Positions 19,929 through 30,645 of a stretch of DNA of 64,000 nt are shown here, in pieces (the stretch's first letter is position 1; every line of letters starts with the position of its first letter). Below the pieces are notes generated by a model that saw nothing but the letters and a program-made list of their open reading frames with translations, searched no databases and had not been told where the DNA came from. Made by a program: the position numbers and the translations under genes. The DNA is taken from positions 384,001 to 448,000 of the forward strand of contig JAYFMW010000003.1 of the NCBI GenBank assembly GCA_042408215.1. Reading direction: 5' to 3'. This DNA comes from Microcoleus sp. Its GTDB lineage: Bacteria > Cyanobacteriota > Cyanobacteriia > Cyanobacteriales > Microcoleaceae.

Positions 19929-21140
19929 TTACCTTTTAACTACCGCCCACTGAGTCACCGGTGCAAGCGGTTTCCAACCCTGAAAAGAGCCGATCGCCCC
20001 AACCCGCTGAATCCCAATTCTAATTAATTCCCCGCCATGTAAAGAATGCCATTGCAAAACTTTAAATTCGCTCTCAACAGTCACAGCATTAACAACTAAT
20101 CGGCCCCCCTCACCCAAAGCATTCCAACAAGTTTCCAGCACAGCTTCTGCGGTGACACCACCACCGATGAAAATAGCATCCGGTTGAGGCAAATTTGCCA
20201 AAGCAGTCGGCGCTTCACCCGCGATAATTTGAAGTGAGGGAACACCCAAATTAGAGGCATTTTCGGCGATGTATTGTAGTCGAGTTGGATGGCGTTCGAT
20301 CGCGATCGCCCGACACCCCCGATGACTCCGCATCCATTCGATGGCGATCGAACCACAGCCCGCACCCACATCCCAAAGCAACTCTCCCGGAACCGGTGCT
20401 AACGTTGACAGAGTAACGGCTCGAACCTCCCGCTTGGTAAGTTGTCCGTCGTGGAGATAAGCAGCATCGAGCAAACCCGCAGTGCGGGGGAAAATCATAG
20501 TTTGGCGATCGCCTGCAACTGCGATGGCGATCGTATTCAAATCAGCCAAATCCGGCACATTCCAGGCTGCTGCAACCCCCTCAATCCGCCGTTCCGAGTC
20601 CCCAGACATCCGCTCGAACACAGTCATTAAACTGCCACCAAACCCCCGCTGTGTCAACATTTGCGCCACAAGAGCTGGCGTGTGTCGATCGGCACTCAAC
20701 ACCAGCAAAAGCGCCCCCGGATACAAACCAAGGGCGATCGAGGCGATCGGGCGATTTGTCAAGCTGAAAGTCTCAACATCCGCCAGAGCCCAACCCAGAC
20801 GGGCGCAAACCAGGCTAAAAGCCGATGCTGCGGGAATTATCGTCATTTCGGCGATCGGAATCCGGCGCGACAGGGTGACACCAATCCCGTGACACATTGG
20901 ATCGCCACTGGCTAACACACAAATCGACTCTCCTCGGCGGCGGATGATTTCATCGACGGTGGCTTGTAGCGGCGATGTCCAGAGCAATTTTTCGCGGGAG
21001 TCGTCGGTTGGTAACATGGCTAGGTGACGGGCACCGCCGACTACGACTTGAGCGCGATCGACTAGAAAACGGGCGATCGAACTTAATCCCGATAATCCAT
21101 CTTCGCCAATCCCCACCACCGAAAGCCATTTGTCTACCAT
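19929..21140 (-). CDS. cobL: Precorrin-6Y C5,15-methyltransferase (CbiE/CbiT fusion)
   Basis: VVGIGEDG, LASGDPM, GQLTKREVRA, LWDVGAGCGSIAIEW, PDAIFIGGG. Confidence 0.93.
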   Translation of the reverse strand: MVDKWLSVVGIGEDGLSGLSSIARFLVDRAQVVVGGARHLAMLPTDDSREKLLWTSPLQATVDEIIRRRGESICVLASGDPMCHGIGVTLSRRIPIAEMTIIPAASAFSLVCARLGWALADVETFSLTNRPIASIALGLYPGALLLVLSADRHTPALVAQMLTQRGFGGSLMTVFERMSGDSERRIEGVAAAWNVPDLADLNTIAIAVAGDRQTMIFPRTAGLLDAAYLHDGQLTKREVRAVTLSTLAPVPGELLWDVGAGCGSIAIEWMRSHRGCRAIAIERHPTRLQYIAENASNLGVPSLQIIAGEAPTALANLPQPDAIFIGGGVTAEAVLETCWNALGEGGRLVVNAVTVESEFKVLQWHSLHGGELIRIGIQRVGAIGSFQGWKPLAPVTQWAVVKR

Positions 21141-21204
21141 CGCCGCTACTCCTGAAATTTTTTCTACTCTTCAGCATGAATGTATTTCCAGCATATTTGT
21201 TAAG

Positions 21205-21325
21205 AGGTTTGGTTTTTGTGGGACAAATTGTGATATCTTTCTAAAACCTGAAAGCGGGAAAGTCCGGTGCAATTCCGGCGCTGTGCCGCAACTGTGAAAG
21301 TCAGAATGCCGATTTCGGGTTGACT
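21205..21325 (+). ncRNA. Cobalamin (B12) riboswitch
   Basis: GGGAAAGTCCGGTGCAATTCCGGCGCTGTGCCGCAACTGT..AAGTCAGAATGCC core upstream of cobG; boundaries approximate. Confidence 0.88.
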
Positions 21326-21361
21326 TGTTTATTTCCCTGCGTCGCACGGGGAGGAGTTTCT

Positions 21362-22933
21362 TTGTTAGTTTTGAATGAATTACCGACTTGTCCAGGTTTA
21401 TTTTACGGTTCTCGCGCCCGCGACGGAATATTATCGAGGATGCGGATTCCGGGGGGAATTTTAAAGGCGCAGCAGTGTGGGGCGATCGCCGATTTAGTCG
21501 ATCGATACGGTAGCGGCTGTTTGCAAGTCACGAATCGGGCGAATTTGCAAATCCGAGAATTGCACTCGGAAATTCCCCCAGAGGTTTGGAAGCATTTGCA
21601 GGAATTGGGGATAGCGTCTGGCCACGTTGAAGTTGACCCGATTCGTAATATGATGGCAAGTCCGACAGCAGGGATCGATCGCCAACAGTTACTCGATACT
21701 CGCCCCCTAGTTGCGGATTGGGATAATTACCTGCAAACCCATCCTGAATTATCCGAACTTTCGGCTAAATTCAGTATTGGCTTTGACGGCGGAGAATTAG
21801 TTTCGATTCGCGATCGCCCCAATGATATTTTATTAGCAGCAGAAAGGCGATCGGCAGATTCAGAAATCGTTTTTCGGCTGCATTTAAACGGCGATACAGG
21901 AATTATAATTGAACAATCGCAATGTATTGCAGTTTTAGCAGCCCTCGCTAATGTGTATCTTGAATACAGCAAAAATCAGCCTCGAATTGAAGGTAAAAAA
22001 CCGCGTTTACGTCACCTGCTGACAGATTGGGGTGTTGAAAATTATCTAAAACTTGTAGAGAAGAATTTACACAACTTACGCACGGGGGGCAAAAACCCGG
22101 TTTCTGCGTCAAGATTTATCGAAAAAGTGACGATTTTTGGAAGAAACCGGGTTTTTTGCGTAAGCCCTAATTTACCATCTTTATTAAAACAAAGCCCGAT
22201 CGCTTCATCTGAAAAATCCATCCCCAATCACCAACATCTCGGCATTCATCCTCAGCGACAGCCCGGTTTCTCCTACATCGGAATAGCTCTGCCATTAGGT
22301 AGGCTAGAATCAAAGCAATTGCGGAATTTGGGAAAATTAGCCCAAAACTTCGCCGGAGGCACTCTGAGGCTCACGCCTTGGCAAAATCTGTTGATTTCTG
22401 ATATCCCGAACTCCCAGTTGTTTGAGGTCAAACAAAAAATCGCAGATTGGGGATTCCATTGGTCAACAACTCATTTAGACTCATGCTTAGTTGCTTGTGC
22501 CGGCAGCAGTGGCTGTGCGTCGGCGATGACAGATACTCAAAGTCACGCCCTAGCAATGGTGCAAGATTTAGCCCAAAAATTGCAGATCGATCGCCCAATC
22601 AACATTCATTTCAGCGGGTGCAAAAAGTCCTGTGCTCAGCATCACCCAATAGATATTACCCTAGTGGGAATTCAGATGAGACAGGGAAACGAGACGATCG
22701 CAGGTTATGACATTTACGCAGGTAAAACAGACTCACCTTTTGGGCGGCAAATTTTCCAGGGCGTGAGTGTTGTAGAGATGCCAAGTGCGATCGCACAAAT
22801 GCTGCGAATATATCAACGATCGCGATCGCCCGACGAATCCTTTGGCGAATTTGTAGATCGAAGTGCGATCGACAAATTGCAACAGAAGTTCGGCAACGGA
22901 TTTTGTAACGGATTTAAGGGATTTAACGGATAG
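21362..22933 (+). CDS. cobG: Precorrin-3B synthase (nitrite/sulfite reductase fold)
   Basis: [52 protein letters not shown] before TTG at 21362. Confidence 0.9.
   Translation: MLVLNELPTCPGLFYGSRARDGILSRMRIPGGILKAQQCGAIADLVDRYGSGCLQVTNRANLQIRELHSEIPPEVWKHLQELGIASGHVEVDPIRNMMASPTAGIDRQQLLDTRPLVADWDNYLQTHPELSELSAKFSIGFDGGELVSIRDRPNDILLAAERRSADSEIVFRLHLNGDTGIIIEQSQCIAVLAALANVYLEYSKNQPRIEGKKPRLRHLLTDWGVENYLKLVEKNLHNLRTGGKNPVSASRFIEKVTIFGRNRVFCVSPNLPSLLKQSPIASSEKSIPNHQHLGIHPQRQPGFSYIGIALPLGRLESKQLRNLGKLAQNFAGGTLRLTPWQNLLISDIPNSQLFEVKQKIADWGFHWSTTHLDSCLVACAGSSGCASAMTDTQSHALAMVQDLAQKLQIDRPINIHFSGCKKSCAQHHPIDITLVGIQMRQGNETIAGYDIYAGKTDSPFGRQIFQGVSVVEMPSAIAQMLRIYQRSRSPDESFGEFVDRSAIDKLQQKFGNGFCNGFKGFNG
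22074..22168. repeat. Palindromic dispersed element inserted in frame in cobG
   Basis: CTTACGCA..AAACCCGGTTTC..GAAACCGGGTTT..TGCGTAAG; close intergenic copy at 29173-29261. Confidence 0.8.
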
Positions 22934-22957
22934 AAGACGGATTTTGTTAGTGCTACC

Positions 22958-23058
22958 CATGCCCAATTCCCAATTCCAATTCCCAATTCCCAATTCCCAA
23001 TTCCCAATTCCCAATTCCCAATTCCCAATTCCCAATTCCCAATTCCCAATTCCCAATT
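22958..23058 (+). repeat. STRR (CCCAATT)n array
   Basis: About 13 tandem heptamers. Confidence 0.95.
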
Positions 23059-23064
23059 ATCCTA

Positions 23065-23295
23065 GTCAGGAACTCAGGTCTAAAGACACGCTCGCTTGTA
23101 AGAAATTACAAGCTATTCTGACCAGACCCCTTTCACGAGGAGACGTTATTTAGGTCACGATACCGGAGAATGCGACGCTAGTTTTCCGCTCTATCATCTG
23201 CAATTAAACAGTTTTAAAGTCACTGAAACAGTGTTGCAGGTCAAAAAAGCCTTTATAACCAGGTCGAAGCGAACATTACAAGCAATTGGAGGGAC
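23065..23295 (+). ncRNA. IscB omega-RNA (HEARO-type) scaffold
   Basis: TGACCAG, ACGTTATTT, GAATGCGACGCTAGTTTT, TTAAACAGTTTTAAAGTCAC, GCGAACATTAC blocks shared with the ORF-less copy; lies directly upstream of iscB. Confidence 0.8.
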
Positions 23296-23301
23296 ACAAC
23301 A

Positions 23302-24573
23302 ATGTCTAATCTCGTTTTCGTACTTGATACCAAGAAAAAACCGCTCACACCCTGTAAGCCGTCAATAGCTCACAAGTTGTTAACGGCAGGAAAAGCTGCG
23401 GTTTTTAGAAGGTATCCATTTACCATCATTCTCAAAAAGGCGGTGACAGCAACTCCTAAATTAATTACTCTCAAATTAGATCCGGGTTCTCAAACTACGG
23501 GGATTGCTTTGGTTCAAGACGATCAAGTTATTTTTGGTGCTGAACTAACCCATCGAGGTCAAACAATTAAAGCGTCTTTGGAGTCCCGAAGCGAGTTACG
23601 TCAAGGAAGACGAAGCCGTCATACTCGTTATCGTCAGGCAAGATTTTTAAATCGCACCCGCTCGAAGGGTTGGTTAGCACCCTCCTTACAGCATCGAGTC
23701 GAAACTACTTTGACTTGGGTGACTAAGTTGATCAAACTTGCGCCCATCGGTTCAATTGTTCAAGAACTGGTCAGATTTGACCTGCAACAATTAGAAAATC
23801 CTGAAATTTCAGGCATTGAATATCAGCAAGGAGAATTAGCTGGCTACGAAGTTCGGGAATATCTCTTGAACAAATGGGACAGAAAATGCGCTTATTGCGG
23901 CGTAGAAAATGTACCATTGCAAGTAGAACATATTCACCCTAAAGCCAAAGGTGGCGGTAATCGCATTTCTAACCTTTGCCTTGCTTGTGAGAAGTGCAAC
24001 CTCAAGAAAGGCACTCAAGATATCAGGCAATTCTTAGTCAAGAAGCCCGACGTTTTGAAGCGCATTCTTGCACAAGCTAAACGTCCTCTCAAGGATGCAG
24101 CAGCCGTCAACTCTACCAGATGGGCATTGTTCAATCGCCTTAAAGAAACGGGATTGTCTGTTTTAAGTGGTTCGGGTGGATTAACTAAGTTCAACCGGAC
24201 TCGATTGAAACTACCTAAAACCCATTGGCTGGATGCAGCTTGTGTTGGTCAAGTTGAATCATTATCTGTGCTGACAAACAAGCCGTTGTTGATTAAGGCG
24301 ACGGGACACGGCACTCGTCAAATGTGTCGCACGGACAAATTTGGCTTCCCATCTCGGTATGTTCCTCGGAACAAGTTTGTCAAAGGTTTTCAGACAGGCG
24401 ACATCGTAAAAGCAGTTGTCACAAGTGGCAAGAAAATCGGTGAATATGTTGGTCGGGTTGCAGTTAGAACGACGGGTTCGTTCAATATCTCAGCCTCAGA
24501 ATTGGTGCAAGGCGTTGGTCATAAATACTGCAAAATAGTTCACCATAAAGATGGTTACAGTTACTTATTTTGA
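23302..24573 (+). CDS. iscB: IscB RNA-guided endonuclease, apparently intact
   Basis: PLMP-like KPLTPC, RuvC-I LDPGS, Arg-rich bridge helix, RuvC-II QELVRFD, HNH EHIHPK..NLCLACEKCN, RuvC-III HWLDAAC. Confidence 0.95.
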   Translation: MSNLVFVLDTKKKPLTPCKPSIAHKLLTAGKAAVFRRYPFTIILKKAVTATPKLITLKLDPGSQTTGIALVQDDQVIFGAELTHRGQTIKASLESRSELRQGRRSRHTRYRQARFLNRTRSKGWLAPSLQHRVETTLTWVTKLIKLAPIGSIVQELVRFDLQQLENPEISGIEYQQGELAGYEVREYLLNKWDRKCAYCGVENVPLQVEHIHPKAKGGGNRISNLCLACEKCNLKKGTQDIRQFLVKKPDVLKRILAQAKRPLKDAAAVNSTRWALFNRLKETGLSVLSGSGGLTKFNRTRLKLPKTHWLDAACVGQVESLSVLTNKPLLIKATGHGTRQMCRTDKFGFPSRYVPRNKFVKGFQTGDIVKAVVTSGKKIGEYVGRVAVRTTGSFNISASELVQGVGHKYCKIVHHKDGYSYLF

Positions 24574-24660
24574 TTTTGAAGATTCAAGGCGGTTGAAACC
24601 GCCTGGTCGTTTCCCTCTCAGGACTAAAGTCGCTGAGTTTCCCACTTACCGAGTGTTTTT

Positions 24661-25290
24661 ATGATTGACTACATTCGAGACGGAACCGAAATATACACCA
24701 AATCCTTCGCCACAATTCGAGCCGAAGCCAATTTGTCAACCTTACCAGAAGACTTAGAATCCGTCGCAGTGCGCCTAATTCACAGTTGCGGCATGACAGA
24801 TATTGTCGCAGACTTAGCAGCTTCCCCCGGTGCAGCCACCGCTGGGCGCAACGCCCTCGCAGCCGGCGCGCCCATCCTGTGCGATTCCCGCATGGTAGCC
24901 GAAGGCATCACTCGCAAACGCCTCCGGGCCGACAATGCCGTGATTTGCACCCTTTGGCATCCCGAAGTCCCGGAATTGGCGCTACAAATGGGAAATACTC
25001 GATCGGCCGCAGCCCTTGATTTGTGGCTAAATGACTTAGAGGGGGCGGTAGTGGCGATCGGCAATGCCCCGACTGCTTTGTTCCGACTGCTGGAAATGTT
25101 GGATGATGGAGCCCCGAAACCAGCCTTAATTCTGGGTTTCCCGGTAGGATTTGTCGGCGCCGCCGAATCCAAAGCGGAACTGGCTGCGAACAGTCGGGGA
25201 GTGCCATTTATTACAGTGCACGGACGGCGCGGTGGCAGTGCAATGGCAACGGCGGCAGTGAATGCGTTAGCGAAAAAGGACGAACTATGA
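24661..25290 (+). CDS. cobH: Precorrin-8X methylmutase
   Basis: SFATIRAE, NTRSAAA, IGNAPTALF, PVGFVGAAESK, GRRGGS. Confidence 0.95.
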   Translation: MIDYIRDGTEIYTKSFATIRAEANLSTLPEDLESVAVRLIHSCGMTDIVADLAASPGAATAGRNALAAGAPILCDSRMVAEGITRKRLRADNAVICTLWHPEVPELALQMGNTRSAAALDLWLNDLEGAVVAIGNAPTALFRLLEMLDDGAPKPALILGFPVGFVGAAESKAELAANSRGVPFITVHGRRGGSAMATAAVNALAKKDEL

Positions 25291-25620
25291 CCCATAATTT
25301 ATTGATGGTACAAGCCCCCGGATTTATCCGTGGAATCAATCCCAAATCCAAAATCCCAAATCTAAAATCCCAAATCTAAAATCCTCAAGCCCCCGAATTT
25401 ATCCGTGGGATCAATCCCAAATCCAAAATCTAAAATCTAAAATCTAAAATCGAATGACCCATAATTTATTGATGGTACAAGCCCCCGGATTTATCCGTGG
25501 AATCAATCCCAAATCCAAAATCCCAAATCTAAAATCCCAAATCTAAAATCCTCAAGCCCCCGAATTTATCCGTGGGATCAATCCCAAATCCAAAATCTAA
25601 AATCTAAAATCTAAAATCGA
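25287..25620 (+). repeat. Two tandem 167-bp composite repeat units between cobH and cobI
   Basis: Units start ATGAC at 25287 and 25454; each has two AAGCCCCCG..TTTATCCGTGG hairpins and (AAATCT/CCA) heptamers. Confidence 0.9.
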
Positions 25621-26331
25621 ATGACTGAGACTACTGGTAAATTGTACGGTTTGGGTATTGGCCCTGGCGATCCTGAGTTGATTACTTTGAAAGCTTATCG
25701 GATTTTGCAATCGGTGCCTGTGATTGCCTATCCGGCGATGGAAAATGGTAAGGTGCTGGCGCGGGCGATCGTCGCAGATTATCTGCGCCCGGAGCAAATT
25801 GAGATTCCGATGCCGCTGCCTTTTAGTCCCACGCGATCGTCTCAACCTTATTATGATATTGCTGCCGAGAAGATTGCAGCCCATCTGGGCGAAGGACGGG
25901 ATGTGGCGGTGCTGTGTGAGGGCGAACCTTTTCTCTACGGCACGTTTATGTATCTATTCAACCGTTTGTCGGCAACATTTACTACGGTCGTTGTACCGGG
26001 AATTTCTTCGACAATGGCGAGTGCGGCTGCTTTGGGAGTGCCGCTGACTTATCGTAATGATGTGTTAAGTATTATGCCTGCGACGCTGGATGCTGAGGTT
26101 TTGCGCGATCGACTGGCGCTTGTTGATGCTGCTGTGATTATTAAGCTGGGCCGACATTTTGCTAAGGTTCGGGATGTGTTGATTGAGTTGGAACTATTCG
26201 ATCGAGCTTTGTATATCGAACGCGCAACTATGCCAAATCAGCGAATTCGGGCGATCGCAGATGTCGATCCCGCTGAAGTTCCCTATTGGGCTCTGATTAT
26301 GATCCCCAGCCAGCAAAAGTCTGTATCCTAG
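25621..26331 (+). CDS. cobI: Precorrin-2 C20-methyltransferase
   Basis: GKLYGLGIGPGDPELITLKA, LCEGEPFLYGTF, VVPGISS. Confidence 0.93.
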   Translation: MTETTGKLYGLGIGPGDPELITLKAYRILQSVPVIAYPAMENGKVLARAIVADYLRPEQIEIPMPLPFSPTRSSQPYYDIAAEKIAAHLGEGRDVAVLCEGEPFLYGTFMYLFNRLSATFTTVVVPGISSTMASAAALGVPLTYRNDVLSIMPATLDAEVLRDRLALVDAAVIIKLGRHFAKVRDVLIELELFDRALYIERATMPNQRIRAIADVDPAEVPYWALIMIPSQQKSVS

Positions 26332-26572
26332 CTGTAGGCTAAACACTTTCCATGCCTGAAGGCGACGCGCTTCCAGGCTTTACCTACTTTTTTGTGCATT
26401 CTTGCCCATTTATCCACCATTCCTGATATTGATAACTCCAGCTTATGACTTTCATCAGTTAATCTGTTGTTAAAATACTTTACAAACCTTAGAATATGCT
26501 TTATGTTTATTTACATGGCGGAACAAACAACCGCCACGAACATTGAAAACCAAATAAAGCAATCATAAACAA

Positions 26573-27655
26573 ATGACAACAACCTTACAGCAACGCGAAA
26601 GCGCCAATGTCTGGGAACGCTTCTGCGAATGGGTCACAAGCACAGACAACCGGATTTATATCGGTTGGTTCGGCGTCTTGATGATTCCTACCCTCTTAAG
26701 CGCCACCATCTGCTACATCGTCGCCTTCATTGGTGCACCTCCTGTAGACATCGACGGCATCCGCGAACCAGTTGCTGGTTCCTTGATGTTCGGTAACAAC
26801 ATCATCACAGGTGCTGTTGTTCCTTCTTCTAACGCGATCGGCTTACACTTCTACCCAATCTGGGAAGCTGCTTCCCTCGATGAGTGGTTGTACAACGGCG
26901 GCCCTTACCAATTGGTAATTTTCCACTTCCTGATCGGTGTATTTTGCTACATGGGTCGTGAATGGGAACTGTCCTACCGCTTAGGAATGCGCCCTTGGAT
27001 TTGCGTAGCCTACTCTGCACCAGTTGCAGCAGCTACCGCAGTATTCTTGATCTACCCGATCGGACAAGGCTCATTCTCAGACGGTATGCCTTTGGGTATC
27101 TCCGGTACATTCAACTTCATGATCGTGTTCCAAGCTGAGCACAACATCCTGATGCACCCCTTCCACATGTTGGGAGTTGCTGGTGTATTCGGTGGTTCTT
27201 TGTTCTCCGCCATGCACGGTTCTTTGGTAACATCTTCCTTGGTTCGTGAAACAACCGAAACCGAATCGCAAAACTACGGTTACAAATTCGGTCAAGAAGA
27301 AGAAACCTACAACATCGTTGCAGCCCACGGCTACTTCGGTCGTTTGATTTTCCAATATGCGAGCTTTAACAACAGCCGTTCTTTGCACTTCTTCTTGGGT
27401 GCATGGCCAGTTGTCGGTATCTGGTTCACAGCACTGGGTATCTCCACAATGGCTTTCAACTTGAACGGTTTCAACTTCAACCAATCGATTATCGACTCTC
27501 AAGGTCGTGTCATCAACACTTGGGCTGATGTCATCAACCGCGCTAACTTGGGTATGGAAGTAATGCACGAGCGCAATGCTCACAACTTCCCTCTCGACTT
27601 GGCCGCTGGTGAAACAACTCCTGTGGCTTTGGTTGCTCCTTCTATCAACGGCTAA
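26573..27655 (+). CDS. psbA: Photosystem II D1 protein (Glu130 form)
   Basis: Canonical 360-aa D1; [20 protein letters not shown]. Confidence 0.99.
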   Translation: MTTTLQQRESANVWERFCEWVTSTDNRIYIGWFGVLMIPTLLSATICYIVAFIGAPPVDIDGIREPVAGSLMFGNNIITGAVVPSSNAIGLHFYPIWEAASLDEWLYNGGPYQLVIFHFLIGVFCYMGREWELSYRLGMRPWICVAYSAPVAAATAVFLIYPIGQGSFSDGMPLGISGTFNFMIVFQAEHNILMHPFHMLGVAGVFGGSLFSAMHGSLVTSSLVRETTETESQNYGYKFGQEEETYNIVAAHGYFGRLIFQYASFNNSRSLHFFLGAWPVVGIWFTALGISTMAFNLNGFNFNQSIIDSQGRVINTWADVINRANLGMEVMHERNAHNFPLDLAAGETTPVALVAPSING

Positions 27656-27674
27656 GTTTTAGCTTTTGATTAAC

Positions 27675-27707
27675 AAAAAGCGCTCCTAGAAATAGGGGCG
27701 CTTTTTG
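27675..27707 (+). terminator. Intrinsic terminator
   Basis: AAAAAGCGCTCCTA-gaaa-TAGGGGCGCTTTTT. Confidence 0.85.
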
Positions 27708-27927
27708 TTTGGGAAAAAAGATTTTTCTAACGTTCTTTGTGGCTGAGTTTCTTATTTATTTAAACTACGTTTCTTCAGACACAGCAAGCAATCCAACGTC
27801 CGATAACCAAAACTTATCACCGTCATCAGTTTAACTGTCGCCAAACCCCTTTACAAACCAGAGTGATTACCGTAATAATAGAGACATCATCCGAACATTG
27901 ACAACCAAATACAGCAATCATAAACAA

Positions 27928-29010
27928 ATGACAACAACCTTACAACAACGCGAAAGCGCCAATGTCTGGGAACGCTTCTGCGAGTGGGTCACAAGCACAG
28001 ACAACCGGATTTATATCGGTTGGTTCGGCGTCTTGATGATTCCTACCCTCTTAAGCGCCACCATCTGCTACATCGTCGCCTTCATTGGTGCACCTCCTGT
28101 AGACATCGACGGCATCCGCGAACCAGTGGCTGGTTCCTTGATGTTCGGTAACAACATCATCACAGGTGCTGTTGTTCCTTCGTCTAACGCCATCGGTCTT
28201 CACTTCTACCCAATCTGGGAAGCTGCTTCCCTCGATGAGTGGTTGTACAACGGCGGCCCTTACCAATTGGTAATTTTCCACTTCCTGATCGGTGTATTTT
28301 GCTACATGGGTCGTGAATGGGAACTGTCCTACCGCTTAGGAATGCGCCCTTGGATTTGCGTAGCCTACTCTGCACCAGTTGCAGCAGCTACCGCAGTATT
28401 CTTGATCTACCCGATCGGACAAGGCTCCTTCTCAGACGGTATGCCTTTGGGTATCTCCGGTACATTCAACTTCATGATCGTGTTCCAAGCCGAGCACAAC
28501 ATCCTGATGCACCCCTTCCATATGTTGGGAGTTGCTGGTGTCTTCGGTGGTTCTTTGTTCTCCGCCATGCACGGTTCTTTGGTAACATCTTCCTTGGTTC
28601 GTGAAACAACCGAAACCGAATCGCAAAACTACGGTTACAAATTCGGTCAAGAAGAAGAAACCTACAACATCGTTGCAGCCCACGGCTACTTCGGTCGTTT
28701 GATTTTCCAATATGCGAGCTTTAACAACAGCCGTTCTTTGCACTTCTTCTTGGGTGCATGGCCAGTTGTCGGTATCTGGTTCACAGCACTGGGTATCTCC
28801 ACAATGGCTTTCAACTTGAACGGTTTCAACTTCAACCAATCGATTATCGACTCTCAAGGTCGTGTCATCAACACTTGGGCTGATGTCATCAACCGCGCTA
28901 ACTTGGGTATGGAAGTAATGCACGAGCGCAATGCTCACAACTTCCCTCTCGACTTGGCCGCTGGTGAAACAACTCCTGTGGCTTTGGTTGCTCCTTCTAT
29001 CAACGGCTAA
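27928..29010 (+). CDS. psbA: Photosystem II D1 protein, second tandem copy
   Basis: Protein identical to the first copy; few synonymous differences. Confidence 0.99.
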   Translation: MTTTLQQRESANVWERFCEWVTSTDNRIYIGWFGVLMIPTLLSATICYIVAFIGAPPVDIDGIREPVAGSLMFGNNIITGAVVPSSNAIGLHFYPIWEAASLDEWLYNGGPYQLVIFHFLIGVFCYMGREWELSYRLGMRPWICVAYSAPVAAATAVFLIYPIGQGSFSDGMPLGISGTFNFMIVFQAEHNILMHPFHMLGVAGVFGGSLFSAMHGSLVTSSLVRETTETESQNYGYKFGQEEETYNIVAAHGYFGRLIFQYASFNNSRSLHFFLGAWPVVGIWFTALGISTMAFNLNGFNFNQSIIDSQGRVINTWADVINRANLGMEVMHERNAHNFPLDLAAGETTPVALVAPSING

Positions 29011-29029
29011 GTTTTAGCTTTTGATTAAC

Positions 29030-29062
29030 AAAAAGCGCTCCTAGAAATAGGGGCGCTTTTTG
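29030..29062 (+). terminator. Intrinsic terminator
   Basis: Identical to the terminator after the first psbA. Confidence 0.85.
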
Positions 29063-29084
29063 TTTGGGCTTTTCCCCAAATCCA

Positions 29085-29261
29085 AGAAACCGGGTTTCTG
29101 CGATAATTGGAATCTTCACCGAGATTTTACGAAGAAACCCGGTTTCTGACTCCCACGCGATCGCCCATCTCTACGGGGGGCCAAAAACCCGGTTTCTGCC
29201 TGAATATTTGTCGAAAAAACCGACGATTTTTGGAAGAAACCGGGTTTTTTGCGTAAGTCCT
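29085..29261. repeat. Cluster of AAACCCGGTTTC/GAAACCGGGTTT palindromic elements
   Basis: Two inverted pairs; family also at 22074, 31755-31850, 33468-33560. Confidence 0.8.
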
Positions 29262-29347
29262 AAAACAAAGTCTGCCTCCGCAGACTAAAGAATAGAATAT
29301 TAGGATAGGCTTATATTATGGAAGAGCGATCGTAAAAGGTAAGTCAA

Positions 29348-29554
29348 ATGGTTGTCGCAATTTCTAAAGCAGGATTGGGTACAGGTGTGGCTTTCCTGTC
29401 AAACGTGACATGGGAGACTTTGGAAAAGTTGGATGCAAATTTGGCTGAAACTGGGGCACATTTAACTTATTTGGATGGGTGTTTAGAAATTATGAGTCCT
29501 TTATCTGAGGCTCATGAAGAACCTATATTAGTAGGGTGCGTCACATTTAGATAA
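29348..29554 (+). pseudogene. Truncated Uma2-family endonuclease
   Basis: NVTWETLE..LTYLDGCLEIMSPLSEAHE N-terminus, cut off at a REP-like palindrome near 29531. Confidence 0.7.
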
Positions 29555-29607
29555 ATTTTCGATCGAACAGATCGATTATAGCAGGTGACACACTCTACTA
29601 AGTAAAG

Positions 29608-30501
29608 CTAACGTCGATAGAGAGTGCCATCAGGCATTTTTGCACCGTTGAGATTTGCTTGTCTCAAGTCTGCACCACTCAGGTTAGCTTGCTGTAAGTT
29701 GCTACCAGTAAAGTTTGCTTTTTGTAAGTCAACCCCACTTAAGTCTACTGCACTCAACTTGTTTGCTAGTAAATTTAGTAAGTCTTGACTATTTAGGGTG
29801 GAACTTCGCCAGAAAGCGCTGTTATTTAGATGTAGCTGAATTAACCCTAGTAATTCGTCCTTACTAAGATTTACCTGATTAGGATCGCTTTTGATTAAGT
29901 TAATTAAATCATGCTGATTTAGCTTAGAGTTGACTAGCTTCTGTACATCTTGCTGGCTTAAGTTAACTTTATTCCAGTCTAACCCGCTGAAATCCAAGTT
30001 ACTAGGGTCAGCTTTGATAAAATTGACTAACTCTTGCTTGCTCAAGTTAGCTTTAACTATCTTGATTGAATCTTCCTTACTCAACTTAATTTTACTCCAG
30101 TCAAATCCCTGGAAATCTAAGTTGCCAGGGTTTTTAACTTTGCTGATTTTGACTTCACTCAAGTCAGCACCTGTCAAGTCTACGCCAGTCAAATTTGCAC
30201 CACTCAAATCTGATCTTCTCAAATCAGCATTATGCAGGTTAACACCTTGTAGATTCTTACCACTGAGGTTAGCACCTGGTTTGATTTCGATTTCAGCGGC
30301 TACTGCATTGCTTGTAGAGTCTTTACTGCCACAAGTTCCTTGTCCGAAAACTAAAAAGCAATCAGTTTTTTTAGTGACATTAGGTGGACTTCCTTCTGCT
30401 CTGACTTGAGCCGGGTGCATTAGGAGGATTCCAAAACATAAAAATGCGACAATTAAAAACTTGCTAATCAACTTGTTAGCGATTGTAATTTGAGGTAGCA
30501 T
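29608..30501 (-). CDS. Pentapeptide repeat protein with signal peptide
   Basis: ANLSG/ADLRR/ANLTG repeats; hydrophobic N-terminus ending AQVRA. Confidence 0.88.
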   Translation of the reverse strand: MLPQITIANKLISKFLIVAFLCFGILLMHPAQVRAEGSPPNVTKKTDCFLVFGQGTCGSKDSTSNAVAAEIEIKPGANLSGKNLQGVNLHNADLRRSDLSGANLTGVDLTGADLSEVKISKVKNPGNLDFQGFDWSKIKLSKEDSIKIVKANLSKQELVNFIKADPSNLDFSGLDWNKVNLSQQDVQKLVNSKLNQHDLINLIKSDPNQVNLSKDELLGLIQLHLNNSAFWRSSTLNSQDLLNLLANKLSAVDLSGVDLQKANFTGSNLQQANLSGADLRQANLNGAKMPDGTLYRR

Positions 30502-30645
30502 CGTAAACTTTATCCTACAGTGAGTTTGACAGAGATTGAGACAGATATAATATTTGCTAGTCTAACAGCAAAATAGGGAAACGGCGCGATCGATCGCGCT
30601 ACTTTTTTAAAGTATAGTTTCCCTAACTGTTGTTCCCACATTTAG

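Larger units (their letters stand above)
23065..24660 (+). mobile_element. IscB element (IS200/IS605 superfamily)
   Basis: Starts GTCAGGAACTCAG, ends GAGTTTCCCACTTACCGAGTGTTTTT before ATGA; same ends at 57114-57510. Confidence 0.85.

Noticed and set aside
27077..28938. Antisense 168-aa ORFs in both psbA copies
   Set aside because: Shadow ORFs caused by psbA codon bias
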